A stretch of 64,000 nt of DNA, taken from sequence record MT366760.1; one strand, written 5' to 3'. Both the position numbers and the translations under genes were made by a program. Positions 1 through 9,150 of this stretch are shown piece after piece. The stretch's first letter is position 1. Each line of letters starts with the position of its first letter. The notes beneath the pieces were generated by a model, which saw only the letters and a list, made by a program, of their open reading frames with translations, was not told the DNA's origin and searched no databases.

Positions 1-91
1 GAGAATCCGTTCGAACATACAAGAGCTCGCTAATTCTAATTGACTAAAACGGGGTAGTTCGCTACCCCTCAACATTGCATGAGGATAAATT

Positions 92-799
92 ATGCACTAC
101 GCTAAAGTAATTAATGGTCGCTTCAATGGTTATCTACCCGACTTAAATGCAAAGGGTGCTTCGGGTAAGACCTATGGTGACTGTTCTAAATTAAGTTTGG
201 AACAACGTAAAGCGGAAGGTATTTACAAAGTACACAAGGTTGATAATAAGCCCCAATACGTTGGCGAAGACGGTACAAAAGTAACGTATCCTGAATCGTT
301 CTTAGTGCAAAGTGGTCACGAAGCACACGCTGACACGGCTAATGCAGAATGGTTGATTACTACTACCTACATCCTACGACCAGTTGCTGAACTTCGCACT
401 ATGAAAGTTCAAGAACTTAAAGAACTTCGTAAGTCTGCATGTCTAAGTGGTTTCTACTACAAATCACACTTGATTGAATCAGGTAAGGACGAAGTAAACT
501 CCGTAACTGCTATCCAATTGCAGTATGATAAGGGTACGCTTCCAGTTAACCACATCTATTCTTTCCGTGTAACTGATGCTATCTATGTAGATTGTAACAT
601 TGGTAAAGATGGTAATGAAACATCAAACGGTGCTGAAGGTTTCGAAGTCTTCGCAATGATGATGGCTAACTACGTTCAGCTAGAATGTTTCGGTCGTGAG
701 AAAACAATCTCACTTGAAATCATGAAGATGACTGCTAAGCAACTAGCAATGTTAGACTTACCGACAACGTACCAACCTGATTGCGGCACACCGTCATAA
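92..799 (+). CDS. Tail fibre-associated protein (DUF4376-like C-terminal half)
   Basis: 235-aa ORF with RBS GAGG. The 'ELRTMKVQELKELRKSACLSGFYY...ESGKDEVNS' segment resembles DUF4376 tail-fibre accessory proteins. Confidence 0.5.
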   Translation: MHYAKVINGRFNGYLPDLNAKGASGKTYGDCSKLSLEQRKAEGIYKVHKVDNKPQYVGEDGTKVTYPESFLVQSGHEAHADTANAEWLITTTYILRPVAELRTMKVQELKELRKSACLSGFYYKSHLIESGKDEVNSVTAIQLQYDKGTLPVNHIYSFRVTDAIYVDCNIGKDGNETSNGAEGFEVFAMMMANYVQLECFGREKTISLEIMKMTAKQLAMLDLPTTYQPDCGTPS

Positions 800-813
800 C
801 TGACTAATGAAAG

Positions 814-1206
814 ATGGGCACTTTTCTTGGAAAAGTAATACGAAAAGTTCTTTCGGCTTTCCCACAACCTGGGCGTAAGCTGACTGAACTTTCACCCTAT
901 AAATCATATCTCGTATTTAGCCCACCTAAATCTCTAAATGGTGTTTTACTCACGTTCATCTATGCCACACCTACTCAGGGTATTAAGATTTATCATCAAG
1001 ACCACTTCTATTATTTCCGTAAGGGTACTTTCATAAAACTGCCAACACGGGATTCAATTGGTAAGTTTAAAAGGTCTTCATATACCTACAAGGAAGTAGA
1101 AGTCGATGAGACAGCACTAGAAAGGGAAGTAGGTTCAAAGTGGTCACTGCTCCATAATTGCTATTCTGTAGCAATGGCAGTATCCAAACCACTTGATAAC
1201 AAATGA
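814..1206 (+). CDS. Hypothetical protein
   Basis: 130-aa ORF, collinear with its neighbours. Confidence 0.6.
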   Translation: MGTFLGKVIRKVLSAFPQPGRKLTELSPYKSYLVFSPPKSLNGVLLTFIYATPTQGIKIYHQDHFYYFRKGTFIKLPTRDSIGKFKRSSYTYKEVEVDETALEREVGSKWSLLHNCYSVAMAVSKPLDNK

Positions 1207-1244
1207 TACTAGGGTAAAACATAACAACCAGTCGGAGACTCGTT

Positions 1245-1604
1245 ATGTTAGGACAAATTGAGGTTGCCTTAATAAAACCAGAGAGTTGGCGTGGAACTAT
1301 GCACTACCAACTCCTACATGACTTAAACCATTGTGGTCACACCATACCTAAGGGCTATGTAACTGATGGTGCAACTGTACCCAGACCACTTTGGAGTATT
1401 TTTCCACCAGTAGGTCTCTATTTTGAGGCGTCAACCCTACACGATTGGCTTCTCGATAATGACTATGGTTGGTCATACGCAAACATGAAGTTCAAGGAAT
1501 CCCTCGAACAATTAAACATTAAGCCATGGCGGATATTTCTGTTACATACTTCAGTATGCCTCTATGGTAAAATGAAAGTAGCTGTGTTCAAAGAAAAACC
1601 CTAA
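1245..1604 (+). CDS. DUF1353 family protein
   Basis: Motif IPKGYVTDGATVPRPLWSIFPP...ASTLHDWL; RBS GGAG. Confidence 0.85.
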   Translation: MLGQIEVALIKPESWRGTMHYQLLHDLNHCGHTIPKGYVTDGATVPRPLWSIFPPVGLYFEASTLHDWLLDNDYGWSYANMKFKESLEQLNIKPWRIFLLHTSVCLYGKMKVAVFKEKP

Positions 1605-1614
1605 TGGAGAACTT

Positions 1615-2079
1615 ATGGACTTATTAGTACAGCGAAAAGGTGAAACGGGTAACGCAACAATCGGTGACATCTTTGTGGATGGTCACTGGGAGGGTACTAC
1701 TCTAGAAGACATTCACCGCGATGTTAAGATTAAACATCAAACTCGTATACCCGCAGGACGATATCAAGTTAAACAACGTAAAGTCCTGAGTAACATGACA
1801 CAGAAGTACCGTGCTAATTCAAAGCTTACTAACTTTGATTGGCATTTAGAACTTCAGAATGTCCCTGAATATACCAACGTTTACATTCACATTGGTAACA
1901 CCGCTAAAGATACATCGGGTTGTATCCTAGTAGCAACATCGTCAGCACATAACCAACCCTCTATTGGTAATTCTACCCCGAGGTACAACGACCTTTATAA
2001 CAAAGTTCGTAATGCCCTAAATAATGGCGAGGAAGTTTGGATTGAGGTGCGCGATGAGTACTACAAACAACAGAACTGA
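1615..2079 (+). CDS. DUF5675 family protein, candidate endolysin
   Basis: Motifs TIGDIFVDG..TLED, TRIPAGRYQV and IHIGNTAKDTSGCILV; lies directly upstream of the holin/spanin genes. Confidence 0.75.
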   Translation: MDLLVQRKGETGNATIGDIFVDGHWEGTTLEDIHRDVKIKHQTRIPAGRYQVKQRKVLSNMTQKYRANSKLTNFDWHLELQNVPEYTNVYIHIGNTAKDTSGCILVATSSAHNQPSIGNSTPRYNDLYNKVRNALNNGEEVWIEVRDEYYKQQN

Positions 2080-2368
2080 TTTAAATAAGAGCTTTAAATC
2101 TTTTGTAGACCATATAGCCTATTTCCAAGACGCAAACCGTATCTTCCCTAAACTCATACTGCTGTTTTGGGGTTGGGTAGGGTACAGTTTGATTGATTGG
2201 GTCACAAACATAGATGATGTTTCACTTATTGGTGCAGGCATCGGCTCTCTTGTTACTGGTGTGTTCGCTTCAGGCGCAGCCTACGGCAAGTTCTATGTCG
2301 AGACAGGTCGTAATGGTAAATACTCGGACGGAAAAGGTGAATCCCATGCTACGGGCGATAGTGGATAA
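2054..2368 (+). CDS. Putative holin (2 TM helices)
   Basis: Two hydrophobic segments (LILLFWGWVGYSLI; LIGAGIGSLVTGVFASGAAYG) and a charged C-terminus. Lies between the candidate endolysin and the spanins. Start moved to ATG 2054. Confidence 0.65.
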   Translation: MSTTNNRTDLNKSFKSFVDHIAYFQDANRIFPKLILLFWGWVGYSLIDWVTNIDDVSLIGAGIGSLVTGVFASGAAYGKFYVETGRNGKYSDGKGESHATGDSG

Positions 2369-2795
2369 ATACCTAACCCCCATTAAGATTGTTGGCTGTA
2401 TACTTGTCGTAATTACAATCTTAGGCGGTGGTATCTATATCAAGATGCTACAAGCTGATAACAGAGCGTTAAGCAAAGACCTAACGCTAAAACAAATAGA
2501 AGTCGATGGTTTACAAGGTACGGTGGACTTGTTGAAGTTCCAAAGGGACAAAGACCAGAAAGCCTCCCTACTAATAGCACAGTCATATACTGACTTACGC
2601 ACAGAAAACCAGAGGATAAGCGATGAACTTGCAACGTATAAAGGCAGGACTAGTACAGTTATTAAGAAGCCAACTCTTGTTGAGCGTCGTATTAACCGTG
2701 CTGTTGACAGGCTGTTCAAGTCCTTCAATTGTGACACAGGTGGAGAGTGCTCCACCGCAATTTCACCCGCCTCGACCAGACCCAGTGAACCTTAA
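2346..2795 (+). CDS. Inner-membrane spanin (Rz-like)
   Basis: N-terminal TM (IVGCILVVITILGGGIYI) followed by a coiled coil; overlaps a downstream lipoprotein gene. Confidence 0.8.
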   Translation: MLRAIVDKYLTPIKIVGCILVVITILGGGIYIKMLQADNRALSKDLTLKQIEVDGLQGTVDLLKFQRDKDQKASLLIAQSYTDLRTENQRISDELATYKGRTSTVIKKPTLVERRINRAVDRLFKSFNCDTGGECSTAISPASTRPSEP

Positions 2796-3030
2796 AGATA
2801 TACACTTCAAGGTTCTGACATATGACACTATTCAAAAGGTCATAGAGAAAGAGGGCGTGGACACACTGTACATAGCCCTCACTTGGGAAGACTACTTAGC
2901 ACTAGGCGACAACATGAACAGGTTGAGCGCTTATATTAAGGGAACTAATGCTTTATTGTGCTATTACCGTAAGGACGTTGATGAAGTAATGTGTAGCGGG
3001 GTAAAAACTGATGTCGAACAAGGCGATTGA
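2623..3030 (+). CDS. Outer-membrane spanin lipoprotein (Rz1-like)
   Basis: Signal peptide with lipobox LLTG-C, then a Pro-rich segment (PPQFHPPRPDP); partly overlaps the i-spanin in another frame. Confidence 0.8.
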   Translation: MNLQRIKAGLVQLLRSQLLLSVVLTVLLTGCSSPSIVTQVESAPPQFHPPRPDPVNLKDIHFKVLTYDTIQKVIEKEGVDTLYIALTWEDYLALGDNMNRLSAYIKGTNALLCYYRKDVDEVMCSGVKTDVEQGD

Positions 3031-3247
3031 ATCTAAAATCAACATGGAAGAGGCGGTGCATAACCAAGACCGCAAATTTGGTGAGGCTCTTGAATATTAC
3101 CCAGTAGTAATCGAGGTGGGTAACGGACTTAAAAAGAACGCGTTGTTCACTAAGTCTCAGTTAGAGCAAGCAATGTCGCGTGCTGATAACAATCCAGAGG
3201 ACTGTCCTCCGGAAAAACAAAGTTGGTTAACTCGTCTATTCGGTTAA
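3011..3247 (+). CDS. Hypothetical protein
   Basis: 78-aa ORF coupled to the o-spanin gene and followed by a terminator. Confidence 0.6.
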   Translation: MSNKAIESKINMEEAVHNQDRKFGEALEYYPVVIEVGNGLKKNALFTKSQLEQAMSRADNNPEDCPPEKQSWLTRLFG

Positions 3248-3252
3248 ACCCG

Positions 3253-3286
3253 AAAACAAATGGGAGCTTAATTGCTCCCATTTTTA
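3253..3286. terminator. Bidirectional intrinsic terminator
   Basis: TGGGAGC-TTAATT-GCTCCCA stem with an A-tract before and a T-tract after, between convergent genes. Confidence 0.75.
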
Positions 3287-3294
3287 TCTCTAAA

Positions 3295-4413
3295 TTACAT
3301 ATCGAACATACTATCTAGGTTAGTGATAACCCCTTCTAGTGCGGATACGTCTTGAATGTCTAGTAGTCTGTCACCTACTCTAAGTTCAAGACCAATACTT
3401 TTACCTAACACTACGTCCTTAAGGTTACCCATAACAGAATTATATTCAACGGACATATTTCTAGTTACGACTTTAGCATCACACCTAGGAGAAACCCAAC
3501 CAAGCGCAACACAATCCCTATACACTGATTCAGCAGCATCTTTAAGTATGGCTAACCCGTGATGGAAGTCGCGGTATTGTCTACCTTCGTTAACTTTGAT
3601 ACTCAACTTAACTACGTGACCAACCAACCTTAAGAACATTAATTCGTCTAATGTCATTACATGTGGTGGTTTATTTTCTTCTAAGGTAACCGTAACCTTA
3701 TTACCCCACAAGGCTAACGAGGGGTACGACTTGTCGGAAACACGGGTATACATACCATATTGCTCCATACCTTTGAAGCAATTAATACCCGATTGATAGA
3801 ATACATCCATTTCCCGCATAGTAAGACCGTTAGTCGCCTTATAGCATTCATTCAATTTAATAATATCTTCAATAGGGATATCAGGGTGACAACCATTAAC
3901 GGGATTCGGGTTAACTGAATGCGCTCCCACTACCAAACCTACACACCCGTTGTTCTCAAAACCATACGAAAATTTATCAGCTAGGTGTAAACTAATGCAT
4001 CGTTTCCATACAGACTCTAATCCTTTATTTTCACCCATATAGATATTGGGTAACCCAAAATGCATACCCTGAGTCTGAACATCGGGTGCATCATTACCCA
4101 CACAATGAAGGTGTATACTATCAACTTTAAGTGGTTTACTTAAAACTGATTTGAGTTCAGACACCACATTAACTCTTGGTTCTAACTCTACACGGCTACC
4201 ACTGATTCCCCCACCTATTACCTTCCATTGCATACCACCAGAACAATACTCCCTAAAATGGTTATACAAATTTTGAACATGCTCATGTGATACTTCTACA
4301 CAAATCTCAATAGGTACAACGTCTTCTTTTACTTTAACTGAATACTCACTAATACCCAGACCCTTGATAGCAGAATGAACATCATTGATAGTTACTATTG
4401 GTTGCTTAAACAT
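3295..4413 (-). CDS. Hypothetical protein
   Basis: 372-aa ORF; no family recognised. Confidence 0.7.
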   Translation of the reverse strand: MFKQPIVTINDVHSAIKGLGISEYSVKVKEDVVPIEICVEVSHEHVQNLYNHFREYCSGGMQWKVIGGGISGSRVELEPRVNVVSELKSVLSKPLKVDSIHLHCVGNDAPDVQTQGMHFGLPNIYMGENKGLESVWKRCISLHLADKFSYGFENNGCVGLVVGAHSVNPNPVNGCHPDIPIEDIIKLNECYKATNGLTMREMDVFYQSGINCFKGMEQYGMYTRVSDKSYPSLALWGNKVTVTLEENKPPHVMTLDELMFLRLVGHVVKLSIKVNEGRQYRDFHHGLAILKDAAESVYRDCVALGWVSPRCDAKVVTRNMSVEYNSVMGNLKDVVLGKSIGLELRVGDRLLDIQDVSALEGVITNLDSMFDM

Positions 4414-4691
4414 TACCAGTTCTCCACAGTTGGTGTACCACGGCAGACTTGGTGGGGTCTACCCGTACGATTGTATAGGTCAGTTAAATCACGACCTTTA
4501 GAAATATGGAACCATTGTTCACTAGTTCCTGGGTTGTAATCGACAAGCCACTTCTCCCATCGACCACCCTGACTTTTACGATACCATTGAAAGCGGTTAA
4601 ATAAAGAATACATGATACTGCTAATCAATGTGTTAACCGCAAACACAAACCTTATTGATTCTTCACTGGTTTGTACATTTTGTTTTTGCAT
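4413..4691 (-). CDS. Hypothetical protein
   Basis: 92-aa ORF whose stop abuts the next start. Confidence 0.55.
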   Translation of the reverse strand: MQKQNVQTSEESIRFVFAVNTLISSIMYSLFNRFQWYRKSQGGRWEKWLVDYNPGTSEQWFHISKGRDLTDLYNRTGRPHQVCRGTPTVENW

Positions 4692-4909
4692 AACTTGTAC
4701 CTTGTTAGATGCCGTGTATTAATCAAACAGAACTCACCGTTAGGGTGTACTAATAAATCCATCATACCCGCCAGAGAGCTTACTTTGGATTCACTGTCCT
4801 TCTTCGCTTGTTCAATCATTCCAATTATTATCTCTTCGAGATCCTCCACGGGAAGCATCGAATTTTCCAGTTCTGGCATCAAGTGACTTAGATGTATTTT
4901 GTTTGCCAT
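4652..4909 (-). CDS. Hypothetical protein
   Basis: Start refined to MANKIHL. Confidence 0.55.
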   Translation of the reverse strand: MANKIHLSHLMPELENSMLPVEDLEEIIIGMIEQAKKDSESKVSSLAGMMDLLVHPNGEFCLINTRHLTRYKLCKNKMYKPVKNQ

Positions 4910-5981
4910 TTTTATTTTTCCTATACTTAGGGGATTCCTTACCAATATGCTTACTGCTAGTTTTATTAAGCTCCTGAAGCATTTTGATGAATTTTATTTT
5001 CATGTTTCCAGGGTCAACCTTTGCTGCTTTGACCGTAATACCTTTCTTATCAGCAATGCGTTTAGCTTCTTTATATAAGTTCATAACCATCACTTTACGT
5101 TCTGAACCCAAATCAGCTTTTAAATCACGTGTAGCACCGACGCCTGCAACGTCGCCGTCCATACATAAGACTATATCACAACCCAAGGACAGCAATAGTC
5201 GTTTCTTTTTCTCAGACCACGACTGTACACCCAACACGGCAACGGCAGGTATGCCATACTGTATTAAGCGTAATGCATCCCGTTGACCCTCAACGACAAC
5301 AACCCACTTATACTTCCCCTTCTTAAGCATGTTTCTAACTAAATCAAAAGGGAATAGACCCTTGGTACGCAGCGGACTATCATCAGATATCACATAACTA
5401 GGTGAACCAGACTTCTTTTCAAATCGAGCTTTGATAGCCGCAATAGTTTTACCCCTGACATCAACGGGCATTATAAGGAATGGACACTTCTCACGTCGGT
5501 CGATACCAACTTCACACTTGAGTTCCCTTATCAAGTCACCACTAATACCCCGCCATTCCTCATTGATGAACGGTAACGCCATTGGCATCTGCCATGTGTC
5601 CATATAATCTTGTAGCGAAGTACCCGACGTCGATAACAAAGACTTCTGGATTTTAGACATAGCATGTGATGAGAAACCTGCTGAATCACGCTTGTTCTCT
5701 TTTTGGTCAATCTTTTCTAAACCGTACTTTTCAGCGAGTACGTTCCATGGTGAGGAGTGACCACAACCTAAACAATAGACCCAACCAATAGGTGCCCTAC
5801 CATCTGGAGCAACATATATACCACAAGATGGTGACGAATCACCTGCGTGGAACGGGCATAATATCTCGATTGTCTTATACGTGTACTTTTTATACCCTGG
5901 AATCTTCTCTATTTCCTTGAGTATTTTTCGGTGTGCCTTACTGACACCTTCCGACACTTCATATACTTGTCGTGACATCAT
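4812..5981 (-). CDS. dnaG: DNA primase (CHC2 Zn finger + TOPRIM)
   Basis: ILCPFH...YCLGCG Zn finger; TOPRIM motifs VVVEGQRDAL and LCMDGDVAG. Start refined to MMSRQ. Confidence 0.9.
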   Translation of the reverse strand: MMSRQVYEVSEGVSKAHRKILKEIEKIPGYKKYTYKTIEILCPFHAGDSSPSCGIYVAPDGRAPIGWVYCLGCGHSSPWNVLAEKYGLEKIDQKENKRDSAGFSSHAMSKIQKSLLSTSGTSLQDYMDTWQMPMALPFINEEWRGISGDLIRELKCEVGIDRREKCPFLIMPVDVRGKTIAAIKARFEKKSGSPSYVISDDSPLRTKGLFPFDLVRNMLKKGKYKWVVVVEGQRDALRLIQYGIPAVAVLGVQSWSEKKKRLLLSLGCDIVLCMDGDVAGVGATRDLKADLGSERKVMVMNLYKEAKRIADKKGITVKAAKVDPGNMKIKFIKMLQELNKTSSKHIGKESPKYRKNKNGKQNTSKSLDARTGKFDASRGGSRRDNNWND

Positions 5982-5998
5982 TATACCTGCACATTTAT

Positions 5999-6023
5999 TG
6001 TAAATACATACGTATACTTTACA
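5999..6023. promoter_or_regulatory. Divergent pair of phage promoter motifs: TGTAAATA (+) and TGTAAAGTA (-)
   Basis: TGTAAATA at 5999-6006 precedes the Cas4-like gene; the reverse-strand variant at 6015-6023 precedes the primase. Confidence 0.55.
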
Positions 6024-6043
6024 ATAATAGCTGAGGTAAACCA

Positions 6044-7096
6044 ATGGCAGCCAAACGTGGCTTTGGTTCGTTGAAGGGTCAGCGCATTCCCACGGTGGAA
6101 GAGACATCGAAAGAAGTGCATGACGTCATTCAGGGATTCAACCTACTCTTTGAAAATGCAAAGAAAACAACTGAAGTGCGTGTTATAGCAGAAACACGTG
6201 TAACTGAATTACACCCCTCGTCTTTCCCATTCTGTTCAACATACTACGCATTAGACTACCTGATGCACGGTGACGTATTCGAACGCGAACAGGAATGCTT
6301 GATGGGTAACTATTACACTGGCATAGGTACTGTCGTTCACGAAGTTATTCAGAACGCAATTGGTGAAGCACACATGCTTGACCCTAAGAAACCTCTAGAC
6401 CATTACCTTATTGGTGATTACAAGTGTAACAAATGTGGTCACGTCCACAAGTTCTCTTCGTACCCTAAGAAGTGTAAGAAGTGTAAGCAAAAGAAATGGC
6501 GGTTCTTCTATGATGAACTAGCTGTATGGTGGGGAAAGAAGACAGTTGGTCACTCAGATGGTTTATACTACTTTGGTGGCAAATACTGGGTTATAGATTA
6601 TAAAACCACATCGTCCTTTGCTGTGATGCAGCACACTAACTCTGGTGGTAAATACTTCCCATACGACCACAACGTTCGTCAGATAAAGTCATACTGTGCT
6701 ATGCTTGAAGAGAACTACAACGTTAAAATAGGTGGATGGATTCTGGTTTACGTTCCACGCGACAACTATAATAGACCAGTCGCTGTAGGTGATGACATAT
6801 CTAAGAAAGAGAAGTCGAGACTTAAAACAATGCTCGATGGTTACGACCTAAACTTCCGTCGTGTACGTTCTTTCCCCGAACAAACTTCCAAAGCGGCTAT
6901 AATGAAGCTTGCTAAGAAGATAATTAAAGACAAACCCTGTCAGTGTATGAAGACGTATGAGAAGAATATGAAAGACCCTTACTTCGATTGCCCATACGCT
7001 GAAAACGGAACGTGCTTCAACAAGCAGAAGCTACTTAAACAATTCGAGAAGCATATCAAGAAAGGTGTTTTAATCGACGTTAAACAGCTTGATTAA
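6044..7096 (+). CDS. PD-(D/E)XK exonuclease, Cas4/RecB-like
   Basis: LHPSSFPFC, GTVVHE, GHSDG, VIDYKT and QIKSY motifs, with C-terminal Cys residues. Confidence 0.85.
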   Translation: MAAKRGFGSLKGQRIPTVEETSKEVHDVIQGFNLLFENAKKTTEVRVIAETRVTELHPSSFPFCSTYYALDYLMHGDVFEREQECLMGNYYTGIGTVVHEVIQNAIGEAHMLDPKKPLDHYLIGDYKCNKCGHVHKFSSYPKKCKKCKQKKWRFFYDELAVWWGKKTVGHSDGLYYFGGKYWVIDYKTTSSFAVMQHTNSGGKYFPYDHNVRQIKSYCAMLEENYNVKIGGWILVYVPRDNYNRPVAVGDDISKKEKSRLKTMLDGYDLNFRRVRSFPEQTSKAAIMKLAKKIIKDKPCQCMKTYEKNMKDPYFDCPYAENGTCFNKQKLLKQFEKHIKKGVLIDVKQLD

Positions 7097-7149
7097 GCAA
7101 TCTTGTAAAGTAATTTCGATTATTCACCACTTATGCAAAAGGTAACGAT

Positions 7150-7782
7150 ATGAATACTACCACTCAAGAAAATTCAAACGAGCGTAACGACCCGTTCAAA
7201 AATTGGGCTCCTGCGCAAGCAACACCAGAAGGCGAACGCCAACTGACTTTCCGCGAAGCCATTTCACGTAATCAAGGTAAAGCGGGTACAACAGACGGTC
7301 ACTACCGTCATAATATGTTTAACCGCACCGGTAAGATCTACCGTGCTACAAACTACCATTCTGCAATTGATGAGCACATGGAAGTTCAGACTTTCCTTAA
7401 CTCAATTGCAAACCGTCGCTTTAATACCTACTTCCATATGTTGAAGGGTACCGCGTCGCGTGGTCTACTCGTTAAAGACTGCATCCGCCTAGAGGCTCAC
7501 ATTGCTGTACGTCACGATGAGAAGGGTCGAATCATTCCGCCTAGCTATCGCGTAGTAGACTCCCTTGAAGTACGACTAATAGACAACCGTATTGTCCCTG
7601 TTGACGCTCAGGGTAACGAACTAACTAACAATCAAATGTTAGACCTATTCGTTACTAAATGCCGCAAGACTGATACACCAACTCAAGATGTAACTATTCA
7701 TCTTATGGGTCGCTGTACTGGCGTTGGTACTAAACAGCTTACATCAGGTGAAGCAACTGTAGAGGTTCGTATCAATGAATAG
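7150..7782 (+). CDS. Hypothetical protein
   Basis: 210-aa ORF with phage-like codon usage; promoter variant TGTAAAGTA at 7104. Confidence 0.7.
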   Translation: MNTTTQENSNERNDPFKNWAPAQATPEGERQLTFREAISRNQGKAGTTDGHYRHNMFNRTGKIYRATNYHSAIDEHMEVQTFLNSIANRRFNTYFHMLKGTASRGLLVKDCIRLEAHIAVRHDEKGRIIPPSYRVVDSLEVRLIDNRIVPVDAQGNELTNNQMLDLFVTKCRKTDTPTQDVTIHLMGRCTGVGTKQLTSGEATVEVRINE

Positions 7783-8293
7783 TGATCTACTAATCGGTTG
7801 GAAAGAAAACGGTGAAGTAACCATCGGTCTATTAAACCCACAAGAAGACTTGCTTACTATAGATATCTATAATCCAAAGGGTAAGTCAGTAACTGAAGTA
7901 GCGCAGGTAATTACGGGTTGGCTACTAGAATCAACAGACTTACTCAGCCACTACGGTCTAGACCAACACCTACAAGCATCCGTACCCAACACGGTGGAAT
8001 ACGACAAGTTAGTACCACCTACTGTTACAGGGTTCTATACTAATTTACCCCAAGCCTCTCAGATTGCTCAATCTGAAGAAGAACTACAACGTATGGCTAT
8101 CATTGTTATGCGTATGTTCTTTAAACGTTCCGAATTCGTGTGGGAAGGTCGCTGTACCAAATTCGCAGAAGCTGTATTCAACGCTGTATGCAGCGAAGTT
8201 AACTTTACCTATATCCCACGCGCTCTACAAATGATAGAGGGCACTGATAATGGCGAAGACAAAGAACAAAAGCAAAGCGAAGACAAATCGTAA
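7775..8293 (+). CDS. Hypothetical protein
   Basis: 172-aa coupled ORF. Confidence 0.7.
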   Translation: MNSDLLIGWKENGEVTIGLLNPQEDLLTIDIYNPKGKSVTEVAQVITGWLLESTDLLSHYGLDQHLQASVPNTVEYDKLVPPTVTGFYTNLPQASQIAQSEEELQRMAIIVMRMFFKRSEFVWEGRCTKFAEAVFNAVCSEVNFTYIPRALQMIEGTDNGEDKEQKQSEDKS

Positions 8294-8807
8294 GGCTATT
8301 ATAGTTGCCGGAGGTAGAAAGTTTGGCAACTATAAACTTGCTTGCAAAGAAATACGTAAGTTCGCTAAGAAACTAGGTGTACCCCTAGACAACCTAGAGA
8401 TAGTTTGTGGTATGGCTCTCGGTGCTGACAACATGGGTAGATGTTTCGCTATGGAGTTCTTAGATGGACGTGTAGTTGAAATGCCTGCTGATTGGAAGAA
8501 TCTAGATGCTAAACCCTGTTTAATTAAATACAACAAATATGAAGAACCCTACAATGCTCTAGCGGGTACTAATCGAAACGAGGACATGGCTAATGTCCCC
8601 AACGTTGTCGGATGTTTATGCTTCTGGGATGGTAAATCCCCAGGTACACAAGACATGATGACACGTGCTGTTAAACGTCGTAGGACTATGCAGCTTAAAG
8701 TCGTCTACTACGATAAGAAATTTAAAAAGTGCAAACCACCTAAGTCTGGTAAACCAAAGAAATCCCTTTTTTCCAAATCGGGTCGCTCCCAAAAACACAT
8801 AAGGTAA
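8250..8807 (+). CDS. SLOG/YspA-like (DUF2493) protein
   Basis: IIVAGGRKF, IVCGMALGAD, ADW..., GTNRNEDM and FWDGKSPGT motifs. Confidence 0.85.
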   Translation: MAKTKNKSKAKTNRKAIIVAGGRKFGNYKLACKEIRKFAKKLGVPLDNLEIVCGMALGADNMGRCFAMEFLDGRVVEMPADWKNLDAKPCLIKYNKYEEPYNALAGTNRNEDMANVPNVVGCLCFWDGKSPGTQDMMTRAVKRRRTMQLKVVYYDKKFKKCKPPKSGKPKKSLFSKSGRSQKHIR

Positions 8808-8811
8808 CACC

Positions 8812-9147
8812 ATGGAACAACATCTAACTACACCGCAAGAAGTAACATGTCCTGAATTAGAAGGTCATCCACGTGCCTCTGAAATTAAACGTGCAGTATT
8901 TATTTCGGCAGCGGACATCACCAATACTCCAGAAGACGAATTAACTTTCGCTCACGAGACTCATAACTACACCAATGATAACCTAGACCTTAACTTCGAC
9001 AGCCTTGATACTGTAGAATTCATTATGGCTCTAGAAGAAGAATTAGATGTAGATATCGCGGATGCCGATGTAGATCGTATGCTGAACGAAGGTGGTTCGC
9101 TAACGCTTGCTAAATGGTGTTCTTACCTAACCACACTGCTCGACTAA
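8812..9147 (+). CDS. acpP: Acyl carrier protein
   Basis: DLNFDSLDTVEFIMALEEELDVDIAD matches the ACP phosphopantetheine-Ser motif (DSL) and helix II; the protein is acidic. Confidence 0.85.
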   Translation: MEQHLTTPQEVTCPELEGHPRASEIKRAVFISAADITNTPEDELTFAHETHNYTNDNLDLNFDSLDTVEFIMALEEELDVDIADADVDRMLNEGGSLTLAKWCSYLTTLLD

Positions 9148-9150
9148 CAT

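Noticed and set aside
51-68. GGGGTAG-TTCG-CTACCCC hairpin as a plus-strand terminator
   Set aside because: No U-tract follows on the plus strand. It may be a stabilising hairpin or a minus-strand terminator; its role is unresolved.
3295-4413. Possible HD or metal-binding enzyme (HLH, SLHLAD)
   Set aside because: The motifs are too weak and not in a canonical spacing, so it is left as hypothetical.
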